Source: Hemiscyllium ocellatum
Taxonomy: Eukaryota
Direction: 5' to 3'
Length of the DNA: 64,000 nt
Assembly: GCF_020745735.1 (NCBI RefSeq)
Contig: NC_083416.1
Location: 28,610,543-28,674,542 of the forward strand
The notes beneath the pieces were generated by a model that was not told where the DNA came from, made no database searches, and was given only the letters and a program-made list of their open reading frames with translations. Of this stretch, positions 35,701-48,855 are shown one piece after another. The translations under genes were made by a program, and so were the position numbers. Position 1 is the stretch's first letter; every line of letters begins with the position of its first letter.

Positions 35701-37109
35701 AGTGCAAGCATACTTACATGTCAAGATATCTATAAAGCAATGTAGCAAACTTATCTCAGCTCCAATATTACTCTTTTGAATTGAAGGGGGACTAACTGAC
35801 ATTTAACTTTGAGAATCTTTATTTTGCAGCTTTTAACCAACATCAATTGAAATTTTTCTGGGGATGAGGTAAGTGAAAAGCTAAGTGTTTGATCAGCCAT
35901 GATCGTCTTGAATGGCAGCACAGGCTCAATGGTCTAATCCTGTTATGATGCTCCTAAATATTTGCAGTATGCAATTTTCTTGTGGGTCAGATTTAAAGAG
36001 TAAGGTCAGGGCTTTATGCCTCCCAGAGGAGCTTGCTGGGGGGAGTGGGGGAAGATGAGAGTAAATTTATTTGCCATGCCAGTGGTGTCACCTTATACCT
36101 AATCACCCATGCCCACTGCTGTTGTATTTTAACCAGGAGTTTAGAGATTTCAGGTGACCCCAGTTCACAGGTGACTTCAGGCCTTTCAACAGCTAGTTTA
36201 ATTGATACTTAAAAACCTGCTTCTGCCACTCTGGTATTTCACCCACAGTGGAGGGGGCGAGGGGTACGGGAGGAATCTGTGCCACCTATTCAGCCCATCA
36301 GGGGAAACAAGACAGACTGATTGCTGGTCAAATAGCAGGCGCCTCCTTTCTGGGCGCACTGTGCACATTGCAACCCCCTCCCCCAAGAACCAAAGTATTT
36401 CCTCTACCTATCCTAGTCGCCCTAACTCCTGCCTTAACAAAATGCAAGTGTTCCCTTACTACAACCACCCAGACAGGCTACTCTGAGCTTAACCCCATTT
36501 GGGTCCATTGCAGTTTACCTTCCTCTAGAACTACCTTGTGGTGACCACTGCTGTCAGCTGCATTGCTGGGACAAGAGAGCCTTTGGCCCTTTGTTTGGCC
36601 ACCAGCTCTCAAAGGCAGGACTTCTTCCTCAATGGAGGCAGGAGATCTGCCTGAAGCCAATTAATGGTCTGAGCTTATTCCTGATATTTATGGTAGAGTG
36701 ATGGTGAGATACAAGAGCACTGTCTTTTGAATACAATTCAGTTCAAAGAAAACCCACTAAACATAGGACACAATCATTTACGGAAATGGCTCCAGGGAAA
36801 ATTCCATTTTAACCTACCTAAAATGGTCAATTTCAGTTTCATATACTTCATATCTCACCCACAACTATAATGGTATAATTACAGAGACTGAAAAAGCACA
36901 GTGAGCTAAAAACAGTGTGCTTTATTAACTGAGTGCTAAATTTGGAAGTTGGTGTAGAGAGGAAGGTGGCGCTGCCTTTTGTAATTTTTTTTAATCACCA
37001 GTAGTTGATGAGTGCTGTCTTATGTCAACAAGCTAGGAGGTTGTGATACTATTCATTTAAGAAGTTTAATTAATTATCCATCGACTGACCAACTACATAA
37101 GGCATACAT

Positions 37110-38310
37110 AATAGGGCAGATGGTCATGTTGCTACTGAAACGTCTACAAATCTTTATAATGCATTATGACTCTGGATAACCACATCTATAGTAAGTTGCT
37201 GATGCTTGAGTAAAATTTATACTGGGCTGGATACTGAGCTGCAGGTACTTCAGGGCAACTGCAGATGCTGGAAACCAGAGTCTAGATGAAGTCAGTCTTC
37301 TGTCACAACCCTTCTCAGGTCTGTTAAAATTTTAGATTTGATCAATGCTCAAGAGCAGGAATCAATGACTGTGAATGAGGCAGGTCCTGATATCCAGTTT
37401 GCAGTGACAGAGAAGCCTCTGCCCTTGACTTAAACCAGCAGCTACAAGGTGCTTGCTCTCTGTGTAGATGATAAGAAAGACCACAATGTGGACAGCACAC
37501 TGACCCTGGCATCATGGTGCAGGAATCCATTCAAGTGGAGAGAGCAAAATGGAATGTGGTAATGATAGAGTACCAGGGGAAATAGATGTTGTACCCCAGC
37601 TATGACCAAGAACTCTGAAGGTTGTGTAACCTATATTATTACAGGGTTGATGACAACTAACAACTGAAGACAGCCTTGTACTGGGAAGGGGAAGAAGTTG
37701 CCATGGTTCTTTAAGGAACCAATGGCATAGGTACATCTAAGAAATATTTTTGGTAGAGAGAGTTTGAGGAGCTAGGGTCCATATTGAAATATAGAACATT
37801 GAAAGTACTCTCTCTATTTTGTTAGCTGAGGAAGAACCCAATCAGCATAAGGTCAGGTAGATTATAGAGTTAATTGTGTCGCTCAGAGTGTTATGGGAAG
37901 ATGTTTGTATTCCTACAACACTGGCACTATACTCAGGAAAAGAATGTTTTGGTCTGCTGGGACATAAACCAGGCAATGATCTGTGCAATGGTCAGTCGTA
38001 TACCTAGCTCTGCATATAAGGCTTTAAACTCGCAGAAATGAGAGGATAGTTTGAATGAAAGGAGGAATAGAAACTCAAAGAGAAATGTTGAGGTAAGAAA
38101 GCTGTGTAAAAATATGGATAAAGGCAGATAACATGGAACAGGAAGGAATCAAGAGTTTAAATATGACAGTGCATCAGTGAATAATGTCCATTTAGGGAAT
38201 ACCAGGAAAAAGAAATGAAAGCCTCATAATCTTAGTGCACAAAGTATCTGCAATAATGTAGATGAATCTAAGGTTTAATTGTCATTACAAAGATATGAAA
38301 CAGGATTATA
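37110..38310 (+). mobile_element. Highly decayed CR1 5' region (ORF1 to endonuclease start)
   Basis: Weak similarity to CR1 ORF1 and endonuclease-start sequence. Contains a 30-bp family A pLTR fragment at 37258-37290. Confidence 0.4.
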
Positions 38311-39261
38311 TGAGGTGCTGAATTTCCTGCATCCCACCAGATATTAGAAGTAAATGTTCAAAGTTAATGTTTTATGCTATGGCATAGATTCCAAACAGCA
38401 CAAGCATTGTATGGTTAAAACAGTTGCATGTCACCATGACATGTAATGGTCCAGTATAACAATACCCTCTTTGTCTTTAGTTACCCTCAAAGTGTAATAT
38501 AGTAAGTGTGATCAGTCAGCTATATATGTAAAACATATAGTAACATCAGTAAGCACAAATCCCAGAGTGTGGAAAAGGTTTCCGAGCCCTTGAGTGGAAT
38601 GGATGATAAAAGAAATCTGGGAAAATATGGCCAGATTGAAGAATCTGAATCTCAATAATAGGAAAAGTAATTTCAACTTTTCCCTTAAGCCTTCAATGAT
38701 TCTTTCTGAATCTCACGAGTAAACAGCAGCTATCTTATTTCCATACACTTACAACTCATTTTGTGCAGCGGATGAGCTAAATTGATGCTAAGGGTGGAAG
38801 ACCCTCCTTTTGAAATTGTGGGCATTCTGATTATCCAGCAGCAGAAACAATTTCAACAATACCAGAGTCAGTCTAGGAGCTGCTGGGACAGCAGCCAGTT
38901 CCAGGATATAGGCCTCGATGGGTTGCAGACAGGTACATTGGGGAATTAGGCAGGGAAGGTTTGAGAACCTTATTAAGGGACCAGTGGGGTAGAGGGTTGA
39001 GATATAAAATCCAGACAAGGAGGAAGAAAGGTAGTGTACTATCGTTTGGACAGATGCTCCAAATGCTCCAAAGGTACCCCTGGAAAATAGCACTCCCTTT
39101 TCCTTCCTGCCCTTCTAAAAAAAACCTCTAAAAAAATCTTCACACTTCAGCCTGCCTACCCAACTGTATCATGGCATAGGAATAACAAACTCAACTGACC
39201 CTCATTTATTTATCAAAATATGGCTCATAGGCCCACCCACACCCTGTACATTATTCTTTTG

Positions 39262-39572
39262 TCATTCATTCACAGGATAAGGTCATTGCTGCCCATCCCT
39301 CATTACCCAGAGGGTGGTTAGGTGTCAACCACATGTAGGCCAGGCTGGGTAAGGATGGCAGTTGACTTCCCTAAAGGATATGAGCGAAACAGATGTTTTG
39401 TTTCTGACACTAGACAATGGATTAATGGTCATCATTAGGCTCTAAATGCCGGATACTTTCGAATTCAAATTCCACTATTTGCCATGGCAGGATTCAAACC
39501 CAGGTCCCCAGAAAATTCTGTGGGTCTCTGAGTTAATAGTCAGCAATAATACCACCAGGTGATTTCCTTCCC
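39262..39572 (-). mobile_element. tRNA-headed SINE whose tail matches the CR1/L2-group LINE
   Basis: The reverse complement has an A-box-like start and B-box gggtttgaatcc. The 3' tail matches the LINE 3' end near 19745. Confidence 0.75.
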
Positions 39573-39669
39573 TCCTCTCTCTGATGGAGGAAAGCTCAGA
39601 GATGGATGGGAATGTGGTGGGCTACAATCTTTTATCCTTATCCCATCACTGACAACACATCCAGTGGAT

Positions 39670-39997
39670 TCATGTAAAATCCAGTACATGGAACAAGATC
39701 TGAAAAATATCCAGGCATGGGCTAACAAGTAGCAAGTAACATTCACAACACACAAAAGACCATCTCCAATAAGAGACAATCTAACCACCACCCATTGACT
39801 TTTAATGATGTTCAATCACTCAATCTCCCATTGTCAACATCCTTGGGGTTAAAATTAACCAGAAATGTAATTGTACTCACCACAAAAACACAATGGCTAC
39901 AAGAGCAGATCAGAGGCTAGGAATACTGTGATGACAAACTCACCTTCTAACTCCCCAAAGCCTGTCTACCATCTACAAGACACCAGTCAGGAATGTG
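39670..39997 (+). mobile_element. CR1/L2-group LINE RT fragment
   Basis: Motifs QDLKNIQAWANK*QVTF, ILGV and YKTPVRNV. Confidence 0.8.
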
Positions 39998-41659
39998 TGT
40001 CTGGTTTTGTTATACCAGCTGCCACATAGAGCCATTCCACATATCAAACATGAACTACTCCTCTTTTTATAGATGACAATCAGTTGATACGCACACATTC
40101 AGCAGATGATATATCCACACTTTATGCAAAAACCCAAAACATATTATTATCACCCAACTATCCAGCTGAGTGCTATCAATGTAAACAGAGAATCTTCACT
40201 CTGCTACTTACATTGTACTACTGAGTCTAAATTGAAGCCTCAGGGCAGCAAATAAAAACACCATTAAATTTTACTTGATCATTTACTAATGAAGGAGGTG
40301 AAATAACATAATCACTTTCCAAAGATATTCAGCATAAATTGCATTACTATTCTATATGATAAAATTTTGTGATTCCAAAGCATGAACATTCTTCATCATA
40401 AAAACTCTTTCATTTTATGTTTTCGTAGAAATTATTACTATTACAGTTTTCTTGCAGAAAAAACTTCCTTACATTAAATTTCATACCTTCTTCAGTATTT
40501 CTGACAATTGTGGCTGGTCCCAAATTATTTGTACTCATTTCAGAGTTTCAGATAGGTGTTAAAATCTGAGTCACATCAAAAAGACTATTAATACATCTTG
40601 CTCTCCACTGATTAACTCCTTACTGAAACCAAATGAAGCACTTATTCAGAACAAGTAGTCACATGCAAACTTTCCGAACAATGCTTGTACTAATGTTCAC
40701 TCATTACTCTATGGTCAGCCACACATAATGCAATCAAAGAACAATAAACTTTAAATTAATGCTTCATCACACTCGAATCCTACATGGGAATTATTAAACT
40801 GAACTGATTCTTTACCTTACATCTCAAATTCAACATCCTTGAAACATATTAAGAAATAAACCTAATGTTCTTGTGCTCTCATTGTGAACTACATGGTTTT
40901 TCATGACACTAAACTACTCTCACAGAACCTCAAATAGTATGTTACATTTTCCAACATACCATAAGTTATATCAGTATTTGAAATCTCAACAACCCATCAT
41001 ATTTGGCTTAGATGTGAACACACTCACTTCTGCATTAGAAGGCTGTGGTTAAAGACACATTCCAGGAACCAAATACATAATTCCTGATCTTCCAGTCTCT
41101 GGATGCTTGAAATTACAATTCTACCCATTCTTGCCACCTATCCCCTCGCCACCTTCCAAACTATTCAGCAATTGCTATACAAACTATAACCCTTTCCACT
41201 TTCCACACAATCCACACATCACTTAGCTGCTACTCCATTCACTAACCATCTTACCAACCTGCCAAGCTACACACTTAGTTCACACTGTATACCTCCTTAC
41301 CCAATTATTTCATCCATCTACCAATTTATACACCCACTCACATGCTTATATATGTATTCATTAATGCACTAAGAAAATTTGTGTTTGGGAGCTTTAAACA
41401 TTTATTAGAATACAATAACTTGTGCAATTAAAAGAGAGGTTTGTCTTCCACACAAACAGTCTTCACTGATTCCTTGACTGCTGTCTTCCTGCTGGTGTGT
41501 GATTTCGTCAGAATCCTTCATTGGAAACTTGGTAGGAAATAATATGTGGGTAAGTGAATAGCTTTATGACTGATCAATGTCAGAAACAGAGATCCAATGC
41601 TGATCAGACGATCTGGGCCATTATTTCTCAGCTGGTCCATTCATGAAGTCTTGATGGAT

Positions 41660-41850
41660 TGCAGCATTGTTGGAGATGTACATTTAGGGTGAAATATGAA
41701 ATCTGTTCAAGTGCATGTGGAAAATTCCATTACCCCATTTAAAGATCTCTTTTACCACTTTTGTTGAATTCCTCCTGAACTAATGCCACAACTAATAATT
41801 GCACTTCAGAGTTCATTAGTCGTGTTGTGCTTATGTGTCTTTTCAGAACA
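41660..41850 (+). mobile_element. Possible Deu-domain SINE remnant (head fragment at ~41020-41080)
   Basis: gcagcattgttggagatgtacatttagggtgaaatatgaaa resembles the Deu core as I recall it. Very decayed. Confidence 0.35.
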
Positions 41851-41869
41851 TGTGTATGAATTAGATAGC

Positions 41870-42780
41870 AAGTTATGTGTCCAAATTTGCTGATGACACA
41901 AAATGGCATGGTAAGCAGTGGCAGTTGAAGTATAAAATTACAAAGAAATGTCAAAAAATTATTAAGTGGGCAAAACAGTGATAAATGGATTTTGCTCTGA
42001 GCAGATATGAAGTCATCCACTTTGAAGAGGAAAGAACAAGATCCTTTTGAAATGTTGAAAAGCTAGAAACATTGGAAGATTTAAATAAACTTGAGATTAC
42101 TGACACAATGATCATTAAAATGTCATGAATGGATTCAAAAGATAATCAAAAAGACTAACCAAGTACTTGCTTTTACATCTAAGAGAATCAAATACCAGGA
42201 ATAAATTCATGCCTCTATTTTATAAAGCCCTGGTTAGTCCATTGCTGGGATACTGCAACAATTCTTAGCATCAGATCTTAGGAAGGATGTACTTTGGTCT
42301 TAGAAGGAGTGTAACATAGATTTCATAAAGTCTGAACTGCAAGGGTTAAACCACCTTGAGAGTCTACACGAACAAAGGCTGTATTTTGTAAAATTTAGAA
42401 GGTTAAGGGTAAATTGTTTGGAATTATCAAGACATTAAATAGACCCGACAGCTTAATGCAGAAAACTTATTATTGCTACTTAGAGAGTCTATGAATGGAG
42501 AACATAATTTAAAAATTAAAACGTGAACATTCAGGAATAAAATTTGAAAACATCTTCACACATAAAAGAGGCTAAAGTCTACGACGCCCTTTTAGAAAAT
42601 ACAATTCATGCCAGGGCAATTGTTAATTTTTAATCTGTGAATGATTGCTTTTTGTTATCTAAAGTTGTTAAGGGATAAACAACAAAGATGGTTATGTGAA
42701 GTTAATTTGCGGATTAGCCATGAACTCATCAAATGGAGAAACGGGCTCAAGGGACAAAATGACCTGCTCTTGCTCTTACA
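41870..42780 (+). mobile_element. Old CR1 3' fragment
   Basis: SKFADDTK at ~41880, YKALVSPLLGYC, and a 3' UTR remnant. Confidence 0.75.
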
Positions 42781-43126
42781 CAAGTTAAATAATAAATCAA
42801 CTTAAATCACATCAGCTTGGATTGAAATAATTTTAAATCAGAGTTTGTTTGTACAATTATAATGTTATGGATTTTTTTTAAAAATTCTCTTAACGGTAAC
42901 TTGACAAAGTGTTTACTTTTCAAATTCAATGACCTACTGTAATTAAGGCTATTTCAGCTTGCCTCTGCAGTGCAGCAAGGTAACTCAAATTGGATAATCT
43001 TGGTAATAAGGCTAAGCAGTTTGACTGTGTGAAGTTCAGGTCTAGCTGGGTAGGGTGGTCCCTTAGAGTGTATGAATGTGATAAAAAGTAAAAATGTGTA
43101 TTTGTAATAAACAATATTTTCTTTAA

Positions 43127-44350
43127 GGAGAAAGTGAGGACTGCAGATGCCGGCGATCAGAGCTGAAAATGTGTTGCTGGAAAAGCGCAGCAGGTCAGGC
43201 AGCATCCAAGGAGTGAGAGAATCGACGTTTCGGGCATGAGCCCTTCTTCAAGAATGAGGAAAATGTGCCAAGCAGGCTAAGATAAAAGTAGGGAGGAGGG
43301 ACTTGGGGGAGGGGCATTGGAAATGCGATAGGTGGAAGGAGGTTAAGGTGAGGGTGATAGGCTGGAGTTGGGGTGGGGACGAAGAGGTCAGGAAGAAGAT
43401 TGCAGGTTAGGAAGGCGGTGCTGAGTTTGAGGATTGGAACTGAGACAAGGTGGGGGGAGGGGAAATGAGGAAACTGGAGAAATCTGAGTTCATCTCTTGT
43501 GGTTGGAGGGTTCCTAGGTGGAAGATGAGGCGCTTTTCCTCCAGCCGTCGTCTTGCTATGGTCTGGCGATGGGGGAGTCCAAGGACCTGCATGTCCTTGG
43601 TGGTGTGGGAGGGGGAATTGAAGTGTTTAGTCACGGGGTGGTTGGGTTGGTTGGTCCGGGTATCCCAGAGGTGTTCTCTGAAATGTTCCGCAAGTAGGCG
43701 GCCTGTCTCCCCAATATAGAGGAGGTCACATCGGGTGCAGCGGATGTAGTAAATGATGTGTGTGGAGGTGCAGGTGAATTTGTGGTGGATATGGAAGGAT
43801 CCTTTGGGGCCTTGGAGGGAAGTAAGAGGGGAGGTGTGGGCGCAAGTTTTGCATTTCTTGCGGTTGCAGGGGAAGGTACCGGGAGTGGAGGTTGGGTTGG
43901 TGGGGGGTTGGTGTGGATCTGACGAGGGAGTCACGAAGGGAGTGGTCTTTTCGGAATGCTGATAGGGCAGGGGAGGGAAATATATCCCTGGTGGTGGGGT
44001 TCATTTGGAGGTGGCAGAAAGGACGGCGGATGATACGATGTATATGGAGGTTGGTGGGGTGGTAGGTGAGGACCAGTGTGGTTCTGTCCTGGTGGCGAAT
44101 GGAGGGGCGGGGCTCAAGGGCGGAGGAGAGGCAAGTGGAGGAGATGCGGTGGAGAGCATTGTTGATCATGTCTGAGGGGAAATTGCGGTCTTTGAAGAAG
44201 GAGGCCATCTGGGTTGTTCGATATTGGAGCTGGTCCTCCTGGTAGCAGATGCGGCGGAGATGAAGGAATTGGGAATATGGGATGGCATTTTTACAGGGGG
44301 CAGGGTGGGAGGAGGTGTAGTCTAGATAGCTGTGGGAGTCGGTTGGTTTT
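43127..44350 (-). mobile_element. Penelope-like retroelement, 5'-truncated (RT thumb + Cys linker + GIY-YIG endonuclease + pLTR)
   Basis: KPTDSHSYLDYTSSHP..CKNAIPYSQFL (RT C-terminus), CNRKKCKTC and IIYYIRCTRCDLLYIGETGR..EH (GIY-YIG). The terminal repeat at 43127-43256 defines family A. Confidence 0.95.
43407..44350 (-). pseudogene. PLE RT-GIY-YIG ORF fragment with one frameshift near 43905-43935
   Basis: ORFs 43726-44364 (RT thumb) and 43407-43934 (GIY-YIG) overlap in different frames. Confidence 0.9.
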
Positions 44351-45385
44351 TTTAACACCTGCATGCATACCTTTGAAGAACTGCAAACATTTGTTTTCTT
44401 TTTCTATGACTTCTCTTTAATATATCTTCTATGACTTCAGTAAAATCAGGCTCCTTTAATCCCTCTTTCATACAAGATCCTAACTACTCCAAATGCCATC
44501 TTTTGATTGACTATTTAAATAGCCCATTTGAAATTGTACCCTATCCATAACACTCCCCCTGCTGCAAATGCAACTTGAGACCCAAATCCAATTCATCAAT
44601 ATGTTTAAAGCTATCAATGATTCAATTAATGGACCAATGTGCTAAAGCTACTTACAGATTTCACAGCTGATATCTGATATGCTCTGAACAGAACTTCACT
44701 TATTGCTGTGGACAATGTCTCAAAAATGTGACCTGACCCACATTCCTTGGTTTGCAAAGTGACAAAACAAGTCTTGCATTATTATGGCCTTGGTGAACGT
44801 TCAAATAGGATTAGTTTGCTTTGGTGAACTCGTATTCACCAAGATCTGGAATGATGCTGTCCAAAGTAATTTCAAATGCATTTAATTTGAGTTGCAGACA
44901 GGTGAGTATGACAACAAAGCTGTAGCTATCACATGAAGCTTCTAAAGGTTATCTGGAACACTAAGTTTACTTGAATGCACCGACAAAATACAAGCCCAAA
45001 ACTTATTCTAGCAACTTCAGAAACTTGGGGCAAAAGACAGGGTTTTAATATCAAGTCTGAAGTATTAGGGTTATTTGAATTTTCAGTAGGACATTCTACA
45101 TTCTACAGGAATCCAAAGCAATGAGGAGCTAGGTTTCCATTGATTTTAATGCCTTATCAATCACACCATGGGCTTTTTTCTAGAAACGGAAATATTTGAT
45201 ATCATCTATTTTCTTATTCAGTCTCAAGTCATACCTGGCAAGCCCAAACTTTATTTCAATCAGAAATTGCTGGAAAGCTCAGCAGGTCAGCAGGGCAGAA
45301 TTTTTTAAGTGCATCCAGGAGGATTTCTTGAAGCAGTATGTGGAGAATCCAACTAGAGGAGGGGTTATACTGGACCCTGTATTGG

Positions 45386-45517
45386 GAGAAAGTGAGGATT
45401 GCAGATGCTAAAGATCAGAGTCGAGACTGTGGTGCTGGAAAGGGCTTATGCCTAAAACATCAATTTTCCTGCTCCTCAAATGCTGCCTGACCTGCTGTGC
45501 TTTTCCAGCACCATAAT
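45386..45517. mobile_element. PLE foldback micro-element (family A), 132 bp, perfect 16-bp TSD
   Basis: CTGGACCCTGTATTGG occurs at 45370-45385 and 45518-45533. Confidence 0.92.
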
Positions 45518-47367
45518 CTGGACCCTGTATTGGCTAACAAGTCTGGCCAGTGGACTTATCTTTCAGTGAGAGAGCATTTTGGAAACAGTTTTAAGTTTTA
45601 AGATAGCTATGATTAAGGATAAGTCAGGACTTTGTAAGAAGGTACTAAATTGGGAGAGGACAAATTCTGCCAGTATTAGGCAGGAGCTAGGGAATGTTAA
45701 TGGAAGAAGCTGTTATCAGGAAGGTCCACATTTGACATGTGGGAGTTGTTTAAAGGCCCATTGATCAAGCTTAAGGACCGGCATGTTCCAGTAAGGAGGA
45801 AGGACAAGGATGACAATGTAGGGGACCCTTGAATAACCAGAGACGTTGTGAATTTAGTCAAAAGGAAAAGGGAAGCATATGTAAGGTTTAGGAAGCTAAA
45901 ATCAGACAGGGAGGAATGCAATGAAACCAGGAAAGAAAACATGCAGGAAATTAAGAAATGACTTTGGCGAGTAAGGTTAAAGAGAATCCCAAAACATTTT
46001 ATATATAAATTATAAACAAGAGGGTAACTAGGGAGAAGATAGGATCAGTCAAAGATAAAGGAGGGAACTGGAGATAGAGGATTGGGGCAAGATCCCAAGT
46101 GAGTACTTTACATTGGTATTCACTCAGGAGAAGAAATGGAGGGTAGTGAGATTAGTGTGGAACATGCTAATATGCTAGGGCATTTGAAAATCAAAATAGA
46201 AATGGTGTTGGGTCTCTTGAAGAACATTAAGATGGATGGTATTTGAGGTAATTGAGAGAAGCAAGTGAGGAGATTGCTGGGACCCTGACCAAGATCTTTG
46301 TATCCTCACTAGCCATCGAAGATGTCCCAGAGGACTGGCGAGTGGCTAATGTTGTTTTGCCGTTCAAGAAAAGAAACAAGGATAATCCAGAAAACTATAG
46401 ACTAGTGAGTCTGACATTGGTGGTTGAGAATCAACTGGAAAGAATTCTTAAGGTTAGGATTTATGCACATTTGGAAAAGCATGGCTCAATTAGGAACAGT
46501 CAGCGTGACTTTTTGTGGGACAGGTCATGTCTCATTAACTTGATTGAATTTTTCTAGGGAGTGATGAAGGAGATTGATTGGTGAGGGTAGAGCAGTAGAT
46601 GTTTAGTAAGGTTTTCAACAAGGTCTTTATAGTAGGCTTATCCAGGAGATTAAGGTGACTTGGCTATGTGGATTCAGAATAGAAGGAAGAGGGTAACGGT
46701 GGAAGAGTGTTTTTATGGTTGGAGGTCCATGACTAGTGGTGTTCCACAGGGATCCCCATACTGGGATCTTGCTGTTTGTAATATATATATGTTTGCAGAG
46801 AATACAAAGATCGGTGGAGTTGTGGATAGTGCAGAAGGATACAGTGGGATATAAAGCAGAAATAGCAGATGGAGTTTACTTCAGGTAAGTGTGAGGTGCT
46901 GCACTTTGGGAGATCAAATGTTAAGGAAAAATATACAGTTAATGGCAGGAACCTGAACAGCATTGATGTACAAAGGGATCTTGGAGTTCAATTCTGTAGC
47001 TCCCTGAAAGGGGCCATGCAAGGAGATAGGGTGGCAAAGAAGCTGTATATCATCCTTGACTTTATTGGTTGGGCAATTGATTACAAGTTGCAGCTTTATC
47101 AGACTTTGGTTAGGCCACACTTAGAATATTGCATACAATTATGGTTGCCATATTACAGGAAGGATATGGAGGCTTTGGAGAAGGTGCAGAAGAGGTTTAC
47201 CAGGATGCTGCCAGGATTAGAGGGTATGAGCTCTGTGAGAAGCTAGAAAACCTTGTGTTGTTTTCTCTGCAGTAGCAGAGACTGAGGGTAGACTTGATAG
47301 AAATCTATAAAATTATGAGATACAAAGATAGGGTTAATGGTCAGAAAGTTTTTCCCAGAGTTGAAAG

Positions 47368-48768
47368 TCACTGGAGTCAGGGAAAGTCCCGGATGATTGG
47401 AAGACCGCTGTTGTAACCCCATTGTTCAAGAAAGGATCAAGACAAAAGATGGAAAATTATAGGCCAATTAGCCTAACCTCGGTTGTTGGTAAAATTCTAG
47501 AATCCATCGTTAAGGATGAGGTTTCCAAATTCTTGGAAGAGCAGGATCGGATTAGAACAAGTCAACATGGATTTAGTAAGGGGAGGTCATGCCTGACAAA
47601 CCTGTTAGAATTCTTTGAAGAGGTGACAAGTAGGTTAGACCAGGGAAACCCAGTGGATGTGGTGTATCTTGACTTCCAAAAGGCTTTTGATAAGGTGCCA
47701 CACAGGAGGCTGCTGAGTAAGGTGAGGGCTCATGGTGTTCGAGGTGAGCTACTGGCATGGATTGAGAATTGGCTGTCTGACAGAAGGCAGAGAGTTGGGA
47801 TAAGAGGTTCTTTTTCGGAATGGCAGCCAGTGACAAGCGGTGTCCCACAGGATTCAGTGTTGGGGCCACAGCCGTCCACGTTATATATTAATGATCTGGA
47901 TGAAGGGACTGGCGGCATTCTAGTGAAGTTTGCCGATGATACAAAGTTAGGTGGACAGGCAGGTAGTACTGAGGAAGTGGAGAGGCTGCAGAAGGATCTA
48001 GACAGTTTCGGAGAGTGGTCCAGGAAATGGCTGATGAAATTCAATGTGAGCAAATGCGAGGTCTTGCACTTTGGAAAAAAGAATACAAGCATGGACTACT
48101 TTCTAAACAGTGAGAAAATTCATAAAGCCAAAGTACAAAGGGATCTGGGAGTGCTTGTCAAGGATTCTCTAAAGGTAAACTTGCAGGTTGAATCTATGAT
48201 TAAGAAAGCGAATGCAATGTTGTCATATTTCTCAAGAGGATTGGAATATAAAATCAGCGATGTGCTACTGAGACTTTATAAAGCTCTGGTTAGGCCCCAT
48301 TTGGAGTACTGCATCCAGTTTTGGGCCCCACACCTCAGGAAGGACATACTGGCACTGGAGCCTGTCCAGCGGAGATTCACACGGATGATCCCTGGAATGG
48401 TAGGTCTAACATATGAGGAACGGCTGAGGATCCTGGGATTGTACTCGTTGGAGTTTAGAAGGTTAAGGGGAGATCTAATAGAAACTTACAAGATAATACA
48501 TGGCTTGGAAAGGGTGGACGCTAAGAAATTGTTTCCGTTAGGCAGGGAGACTAGGACCCGTGGGCACAGCCTTAAAATTAGAGGGCGTCAATTCAGAACA
48601 GAAATGCGGAGACATTTCTTCATTCAGAGAATGGTGGGCCTGTGGAATTCATTGCTGCGGAGTGCAGTGGAGGCCGGGACGCTAAATGTCTTCAAGACAG
48701 AGATTGATAAATTCTTGATGTCACAAGGAATTAAGGTTTACGGGGAGAGTGCGGGTAAGTGGAGTTGA
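47368..48768 (+). CDS. CR1 ORF2 reverse transcriptase domain + C-terminus (open frame, no native start codon)
   Basis: The 448-aa ORF extends 18 codons upstream to SLESGKVPDDWK. Motifs: YRPISLTS, QHGF, LDFQKAFDKVPH, SGVPQDSVLGP, KFADDTK, LVRPHLEYC. Confidence 0.9.
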   Translation, partial: SLESGKVPDDWKTAVVTPLFKKGSRQKMENYRPISLTSVVGKILESIVKDEVSKFLEEQDRIRTSQHGFSKGRSCLTNLLEFFEEVTSRLDQGNPVDVVYLDFQKAFDKVPHRRLLSKVRAHGVRGELLAWIENWLSDRRQRVGIRGSFSEWQPVTSGVPQDSVLGPQPSTLYINDLDEGTGGILVKFADDTKLGGQAGSTEEVERLQKDLDSFGEWSRKWLMKFNVSKCEVLHFGKKNTSMDYFLNSEKIHKAKVQRDLGVLVKDSLKVNLQVESMIKKANAMLSYFSRGLEYKISDVLLRLYKALVRPHLEYCIQFWAPHLRKDILALEPVQRRFTRMIPGMVGLTYEERLRILGLYSLEFRRLRGDLIETYKIIHGLERVDAKKLFPLGRETRTRGHSLKIRGRQFRTEMRRHFFIQRMVGLWNSLLRSAVEAGTLNVFKTEIDKFLMSQGIKVYGESAGKWS

Positions 48769-48855
48769 AATGCCCATCAGCCATGATTAAATGACAGAGT
48801 GGACTTGATGGGCCAAATGGCCTTACTTCCACTCCTATGTCTTATGGTCTTATGG
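47368..48855 (+). mobile_element. Young 5'-truncated CR1 LINE nested in the older CR1
   Basis: Open ORF, 3' UTR and (tcttatgg)2 tail. The host CR1 resumes at tctattatagggggcatgc. Confidence 0.95.

Noticed and set aside
35830-35868. Apparent micro-exon with a good acceptor and GTAAGT donor
   Set aside because: Stops occur in all three frames, and it adjoins or overlaps a CR1 3' UTR remnant.
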